Made by a program: the position numbers and the translations under genes. A stretch of 64,000 nt of DNA from Prevotella sp. (lineage in GTDB: Bacteria > Bacteroidota > Bacteroidia > Bacteroidales > Bacteroidaceae). Below, piece by piece: positions 58,370 through 64,000 of this stretch. How positions within the stretch are numbered: position 1 is the stretch's first letter; the number at the start of each line of letters is the position of its first letter. Location of the stretch: the NCBI GenBank assembly GCA_045597685.1, contig JAZLKO010000008.1, positions 3,097-67,096 on the forward strand. The letters run 5' to 3'. The notes beneath the pieces were generated by a model. It made no database searches. It saw only the letters and a program-made list of their open reading frames with translations, and was not told the origin of the DNA.

Positions 58370-60199
58370 GTGTTAACACTACAGAAAACAACATTCTTTA
58401 TATTTGCAGCAATCCTATTGTGTTCCTGTAACCGTCACAGAGTAGTACAGGATGGCACTTATACGGCACAGTCCGAGAGTTTCAGTTGGAATGAGCCGAT
58501 GACCTGTGAAGTGACATTCAAAAATGGAAAGATTGCAGATATTAGGGTAATCGAAGAATATGACAGCCACACCTCCGACATTGCATCAATGGCATTCAAC
58601 CTCTTCATTCCTCGTCTGATTGATTCGCAGAATATGGGAATAGATGCCGTAACAGGAGCTACCTATACCTCAAACGCAATTAGGAACTGTACCGCCAAGG
58701 CAATAAAACAGGCTGGAGGAAATGTCTCCGACTGGTATCGCAAGGTAAGGAAGTCCTGTTCAACGGTCAATGAAAAAGGATACGACGTCATTGTTGTGGG
58801 ACTTGGCGGGTCTGGAATATATGCATACGCTGCTGCCGCATTCGCTGGTGCAAAGGTTTTTGGAATTGAAAAGTCGGCGAAACTTGGAGGACAGTCTGCT
58901 ACTGTGTCCGGTCCCATGGCAATAAAGTCTGTTAACGCTACAAGGCTGTATGGTCCCAGTAATGTAACTCCAGAAGAATTATACAACGTCTGGACAGATT
59001 ATGCTGGTCACGAAAAAGCAAACATAATCTGGCAGGCAATAGACAAATCAGGACCTACGCTTGATTTCTATATGGACAAATTCGGTGTAAACATATTAAG
59101 AGGTGCTACATCAATATCCAATCGGGAATGGCAGAACCTTTGGTTTCCATTTGTGCCTGATAGCACGACAACAGGCACCACTCGAAATAAGACGTATATG
59201 TTCCAGAACATAATGGACAAGGCTGTTGCAGCCAGAAATGGCAACCGGTACGAATTGGAGCTCACAGCAAAATCTCTGATAACAGATGGGAACAACAGGA
59301 TTTGCGGTGTTCTTGCGGAGAAGCGTGATGGCACGCTATGCAGGATTTACGGGAAGAACGTGATTCTTGCAACTGGGGGATATATCGGCAACAGTAATAT
59401 GGTACAGCAGTATCTGGGGGATATACCAGCCACTCTGGCATATACCATAAACGATGGAGCTGGTATCAATATGGCAGTCGAAGCCGGTGCCGCAACGTAC
59501 AATATCGCTGCGCCACCTATCATTCACATCATACAAGTGCCGAATCTGATAAGGAACGATGACCTTTCTCCCGAGCAGAAAGGGATCCTGACCGCACTGG
59601 CACTTGCAAAAGACCAGTTGTGTGTCACAACGGAGGGGGAGATATGGGACGTTAAGGAAGAAATCTGCTTGGCACCAGGTTTCAGATACTACGTCATCTT
59701 CCCTGAATCCAAGATAGAACAATTCAGAAAAATGGGACTGCCCACCAGTTATGAAGGAAACGTTCCTCGGGTTATCAATCAGACAGAACTGTCTGGTGTA
59801 CCTATCGGAAAGCCTGTGGAATCAATTCATTCCATTCTTGATGTCGGAATCCGTTATGGTAACGTTTTCAAGGCAGAATCTATCACCGAACTGGCAAACA
59901 AACTCCAATGCCCCACTTGGAAACTGGAGAAATCCCTTCAGGGGAAGGAAGGCACATACTACGCTGTGATTGCCGCAGGATACACATACGGAACTGTCGG
60001 AGGCCTGGATGTCGATTCTGACTGCCACGTGCTTGACATCAAGGGTAAGCCCATTCCAAATCTTTTCGCTGTAGGAAACGACTGTCTCGGCGTTGAGAAT
60101 AACGAGAGTAAACCATATACTCCATGGGGTGGAATGGCACATTCATGGGCAATGACATCCGGATATATAGCCGGAACCAATGCTGCCAAGGAACGCTAA
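58370..60199 (+). CDS. Lipoprotein flavoenzyme: FMN_bind domain plus FAD_binding_2 (fumarate/urocanate reductase superfamily)
   Basis: LLCS-C lipobox, DAVTGAT flavinylation motif, VIVVGLGGSG, VILATGG, IPNLFAVGND. Confidence 0.85.
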   Translation: MLTLQKTTFFIFAAILLCSCNRHRVVQDGTYTAQSESFSWNEPMTCEVTFKNGKIADIRVIEEYDSHTSDIASMAFNLFIPRLIDSQNMGIDAVTGATYTSNAIRNCTAKAIKQAGGNVSDWYRKVRKSCSTVNEKGYDVIVVGLGGSGIYAYAAAAFAGAKVFGIEKSAKLGGQSATVSGPMAIKSVNATRLYGPSNVTPEELYNVWTDYAGHEKANIIWQAIDKSGPTLDFYMDKFGVNILRGATSISNREWQNLWFPFVPDSTTTGTTRNKTYMFQNIMDKAVAARNGNRYELELTAKSLITDGNNRICGVLAEKRDGTLCRIYGKNVILATGGYIGNSNMVQQYLGDIPATLAYTINDGAGINMAVEAGAATYNIAAPPIIHIIQVPNLIRNDDLSPEQKGILTALALAKDQLCVTTEGEIWDVKEEICLAPGFRYYVIFPESKIEQFRKMGLPTSYEGNVPRVINQTELSGVPIGKPVESIHSILDVGIRYGNVFKAESITELANKLQCPTWKLEKSLQGKEGTYYAVIAAGYTYGTVGGLDVDSDCHVLDIKGKPIPNLFAVGNDCLGVENNESKPYTPWGGMAHSWAMTSGYIAGTNAAKER

Positions 60200-60236
60200 T
60201 GAACGATTCTGGTTTATCGTATAACCGCAATTACAT

Positions 60237-62594
60237 TTATTCTTTCAAAATCATGTTTGCGGTTTCGGTGATGTCGTTGACATTGATAATGCCATCACCA
60301 TTGGCATCAGCATTAATCAGATTGTATGTGCTAAGTCCGCCAGTAAGAATTATGTCGGCAATTGCCGTGATGTCGTTGACATTGACAAATCCATCGTTAT
60401 TAGCATCGCCTTTTTTCAGTTTTTTAATGTCGTAAGGTCCATAATAGCCAAGTCGGAAGTTCGTGCAGGCAGTCCACCATGATGAGGTGTTGTTGGCTCC
60501 AGAGATGGCAATTTTCAGGTTGCCTGCTGTAGGGAGGAAGTAGGTTACGGAAGTGTTGTAATAGCCTTTCTTGAAATATGCGGCTGCACTTGCCATTGTG
60601 TTTGGCACATAAGTGCCGTCGCTCATGCGAGCATCATCACTGTGGACTTGCGTCTTGGAGCGTTCTTCCATGATGTTTTTAACGTACACCCCGTCACTGA
60701 ATTTTGCAAGATAGAGTTTCACCTTGACATCATTTTTGCCCGACTGATAGGCTGTATAGGCATTGTTGTTGTTGCCAGGACGCTGGAAGGCATTGGCAGA
60801 CAAACGGTAACTGCCTTTTGGCATACTGGAAAGTGTTTGCGACAGGCTTGGATTCTTCTCGTAGTATTCCACAAGCTGATAGTTGTAAGCATAGCCTGCA
60901 TTCATTGTCCACCCGCTGATATCATTAAGTAAATCAGGGTTTTCAATCATGAAGGTAAGGTCAAACGGCTGATTGGTATCGGTAGCTTGGCTGTGAGTGA
61001 TAAAAGTTTTTCCAGCAGCAAGCAGTCTTGTTGTAAAATTGCTTATTTCGGCTGATGTTGTGGCTTCGTTTGCTTGTTGTGTCAATGTGGCGATGGTTTC
61101 TCTCAGATTTTCGTCAGTGCCTTCTGTAAGCTGGATGTGTGGAACATCAAGCATTTTTTCATAATTTGCCTTGGTGATGAAAAACTCGTCTCTTGCAGCG
61201 ATGATGGAGGCATCATCAAGAGCAGCAGCCTGTTCTGCAGTGAGCAGCAGCCAGTGTTGCTTGGTTGCAGTGGTGGCAATATTGAATGCAGTGGCTGTTA
61301 CAGCACTACCCGAAGATGCACTCATGCATGGAGGTGTGGAAGTGCCATTGTCGGGGAAGATAATCCAATATGGGCGTTGAGTGGTTATCAGACTGCCACT
61401 GCTGCTTTTCATGTCCTTGCGTGAACGCATGAGGTGAAGGTCGCACTTCGAGGAAGAGGTTTGGAAAGTTGATGCTGAATAGGAAATATAATAGCCTGTT
61501 GCTGCATTTCGGAACTGGTAGTACTGGTTGTTTGGAGTAAAGGTGATATACCATGCAGCAGCATCTTTAGCCTGAGCCTCTGCAGCAGTCATTTTTACCC
61601 ATTGCAGTTTATGTGTAGCTGATTCCATAAGATAAGAGGTGTAGAGTCCGCAACTCTCATCCTCGTTTTTGATGTAGTATTTTATGGTGTCTTCCTGGTT
61701 GAACACATAAGCCGGACTACCAAAGCTTCGTGCTCCAGAGCAAGGAAGTCCGTCTTCACATAAAGCTTGTGCAATCAGACTGGTACCGATATAGAGCTGG
61801 TCGGTTCCTGCATCTTCATGAGCACCGTTTATTCCGTACGGCCACAAGTGGGTGTTGTCGCCATGAAGTGTTGCAGTCTCACTGTTGTCCCAGAAGCGAA
61901 GAACTTCAGTGGCACGGTCGCCTAACCAGTCACCAGTGGTGCTGCCAGAGCGCATTACCGACGGACCCGTCCAAATGGAGTGTGTGCCTACTCCAATACC
62001 ATGTAAAGCCTCGTGCATGATGGTTCCTGTGCGTTGATAGGAAGCATTAGGACCAACACGCATCCATCCGCCATAGCTACAGTCGGCAGTTGGAGTGCTG
62101 CTACCATAATGACAGCTTATGCCAAAGCCTGTGATACTGGTGAGTTCGTTCCAGTATTCTACGCATGATTCCACAGCCGAATTGATGCGGGCGTTGGCTT
62201 GAGAATCGCCTCCATTGTCGTACGTCCATGTGACAGTACCTTTAGGCAAGGTTACAATCTTGATTACGTCGCCATAGAAAGAATCATAGGCAGTCTGGCA
62301 GTAAGCACGTGCATAATATACAGTGGCAGGTTTCATATTTTTCATCCAATAAATAACTCCATTGCTGGAGATTGTAGCCGACGAAAGGCTATCCTCGACA
62401 GTAGGATTTGGATGTGTGGCAAAGCAGAAGCCACGTTTTCTGATTGTATTGCCGTTGGCAGTGACGGTGAGACGGCCAAATGCCTGAGTAGCTCCCCTGG
62501 CAAATCGTGGATTAGTTGTTACTACAGGATAAGCAGCATAACAGTTTGATGCTGAAATAATGCAAGCAAGCAAGAAAATAGAAAAATGTTTCAT
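60237..62594 (-). CDS. Secreted FN3 + HExxH putative metallopeptidase with a C-terminal dockerin-like domain
   Basis: Signal peptide, PATVYYARAY (FN3), TIMHEALHGIG, GDANNDGFVNVNDIT...ADANGDGIINVNDIT. Confidence 0.72.
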   Translation of the reverse strand: MKHFSIFLLACIISASNCYAAYPVVTTNPRFARGATQAFGRLTVTANGNTIRKRGFCFATHPNPTVEDSLSSATISSNGVIYWMKNMKPATVYYARAYCQTAYDSFYGDVIKIVTLPKGTVTWTYDNGGDSQANARINSAVESCVEYWNELTSITGFGISCHYGSSTPTADCSYGGWMRVGPNASYQRTGTIMHEALHGIGVGTHSIWTGPSVMRSGSTTGDWLGDRATEVLRFWDNSETATLHGDNTHLWPYGINGAHEDAGTDQLYIGTSLIAQALCEDGLPCSGARSFGSPAYVFNQEDTIKYYIKNEDESCGLYTSYLMESATHKLQWVKMTAAEAQAKDAAAWYITFTPNNQYYQFRNAATGYYISYSASTFQTSSSKCDLHLMRSRKDMKSSSGSLITTQRPYWIIFPDNGTSTPPCMSASSGSAVTATAFNIATTATKQHWLLLTAEQAAALDDASIIAARDEFFITKANYEKMLDVPHIQLTEGTDENLRETIATLTQQANEATTSAEISNFTTRLLAAGKTFITHSQATDTNQPFDLTFMIENPDLLNDISGWTMNAGYAYNYQLVEYYEKNPSLSQTLSSMPKGSYRLSANAFQRPGNNNNAYTAYQSGKNDVKVKLYLAKFSDGVYVKNIMEERSKTQVHSDDARMSDGTYVPNTMASAAAYFKKGYYNTSVTYFLPTAGNLKIAISGANNTSSWWTACTNFRLGYYGPYDIKKLKKGDANNDGFVNVNDITAIADIILTGGLSTYNLINADANGDGIINVNDITETANMILKE

Positions 62595-62645
62595 TATTAA
62601 TTATTAATTGCCAATTGTCAATTATCAATTAAAAAACATAGTTTT

Positions 62646-64000
62646 TTATAATAGTGGCGACAGCATTCTTATGATTGAATCCCATAGATGGACAAACATA
62701 TTTTTGCTGCGAATTTGGTTGATATTGCTGATGAGACGACTTTTTCTCATGTCGGCTCTTACGATACGGGCAATCTGCTGAGCGGTGCTCTTGTCATAGA
62801 TAAAGGCATTGACTTCCATATTGTTCTCGAAACTGCGTGGGTCGATATTGGTTGAACCAACGCTGCATAGCATATCATCAGAAACAAGAATTTTGGAATG
62901 GTTGAATCCTGCCTTATAATAATAGACTTTTGCTCCAGCTTTAAGCACCTCTGGCAAAAAACTGCGACACGCACAATCAACGAAGAAATTGTCGCCTTTT
63001 GCAGGGACAATTATGCGTACGTCGATACCAGAGAGAGCTGCTGTCTGGATGGCAAACAGGATGGGTTGCGTAGGAATGAAATATGGTGTCTCAAGATAGA
63101 CATACCGACGTGCATTGTTCAGCACTTTCACATAGCCTTGCATAATGTCAGGCCAAAGTGACGCGCTGCTGCTGGCGACTATCTGCACAAGGCAATCGTT
63201 TGTTATCTGAGGCGATATTTCAGGATAGTATTTTTTATTTTTTAGTAGTTTACGAGTCATGAAATACCAGTCCATCAGGAATGTGCGCTGGAGTCCATAA
63301 ACAGACTTGCCGATGATTTTCAGATGAGTGTCGCGCCATGCTTGATTCTTTGTCCCATTGACGTAGCGGTCGGCAATGTTCATTCCACCAATATAGCCGA
63401 TTCCACCGTCAATAATACAGATTTTTCGGTGGTTGCGATAATTGATTTTACTTGTGAACAGAGGAAAGATAACAGGCATGAAGCTATGAATGTCAACACC
63501 CTCTTTTTTCATACGCTTGAAAAACCTGTCGTGCACATTCCAGCATCCCACATCATCGTAGAGCACACGGATTTCCAATCCTTCATGTGCTTTTTCTATC
63601 AAGGCATCGGCTATGGTGTTCCCCAAATCGTCGTCCTCAAAAATATAGGTTTCCAAATGGATATGTTTTTTAGCCTGCTTGATGTCGCTGAGTAATGAGT
63701 CGAACATCTGCTTGCCATGAGTGAATATCTGTATTGAATTGTCCTTAAAAGGCAGGGATTTATTCTGATTTACAAATAGTTGGATTAATTCGCGGTGAGC
63801 TTCTGGAAGGGCAATGTCATGCTGGGTGACTGATTCCAGCATAGAATGCTTGGTCAACTGACTTACACTCTTGCGGTTGATATGGCGCTCCTTGCGCATA
63901 TTCTGTCCAAAGAAGAAATACAGGATTACCCCGATAATAGGCAGAAAAAAAAGCACCAACAGCCAAGCCATAGTCTTGACTGGCTCTTTCCTGTCGAGCA
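62646..64000 (-). CDS. cls: Cardiolipin synthase (5' end outside the window)
   Basis: Two HKD motifs (NHRKICIID, NHSKILVSD), WRDTH, GSTNIDPRS. Confidence 0.93.
   Translation of the reverse strand, partial: LDRKEPVKTMAWLLVLFFLPIIGVILYFFFGQNMRKERHINRKSVSQLTKHSMLESVTQHDIALPEAHRELIQLFVNQNKSLPFKDNSIQIFTHGKQMFDSLLSDIKQAKKHIHLETYIFEDDDLGNTIADALIEKAHEGLEIRVLYDDVGCWNVHDRFFKRMKKEGVDIHSFMPVIFPLFTSKINYRNHRKICIIDGGIGYIGGMNIADRYVNGTKNQAWRDTHLKIIGKSVYGLQRTFLMDWYFMTRKLLKNKKYYPEISPQITNDCLVQIVASSSASLWPDIMQGYVKVLNNARRYVYLETPYFIPTQPILFAIQTAALSGIDVRIIVPAKGDNFFVDCACRSFLPEVLKAGAKVYYYKAGFNHSKILVSDDMLCSVGSTNIDPRSFENNMEVNAFIYDKSTAQQIARIVRADMRKSRLISNINQIRSKNMFVHLWDSIIRMLSPLL

Overview
64-kb window from a Bacteroidales (Prevotella-like) chromosome, judged from gene content and TAnnTTTG -7 promoter boxes. 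Positions 1-25,000 are mostly housekeeping: ftsK (partial), a TetR regulator, relA/spoT, MATE, rfbB, YgiQ, RluA, dnaG, tpiA, a split dnaX, a GH28 and a BspA-type LRR protein. Positions ~25,200-51,240 are an accessory island bracketed by a 42-bp imperfect inverted repeat. It carries a type V pilus-like locus (OmpA-like, DUF3575, Mfa2/FimB-like anchor, fimbrillin, a pilin-SusD fusion, seven paralogous pilin-like lipoproteins with swapped C-terminal modules), followed by DUF1016, a four-helix-bundle cassette replacing most of an AAA-ATPase gene, and an AbiE-type pair. The right end holds three secreted proteins with C-terminal dockerin-like domains, tRNA-Arg(CCG), an AAA/PD-(D/E)XK protein, an FMN-binding flavoprotein and cls (partial). 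Best leads: (1) a family of 6/7/8/10/11-mer tandem-repeat arms that flank the four-helix-bundle gene in inverted orientation, pile up in operon spacers and divergent promoters, and sit in frame inside FtsK, DnaG and a SPOR protein; (2) pilins fused to PUL-type glycan-binding modules (SusD, SGBP-like); (3) a candidate +1 frameshift (TCC TTT CCC TAA) joining the two dnaX ORFs. All family calls and identity counts are by eye; no searches were run. No CRISPR array, reverse transcriptase, integrase or transposase was recognised.
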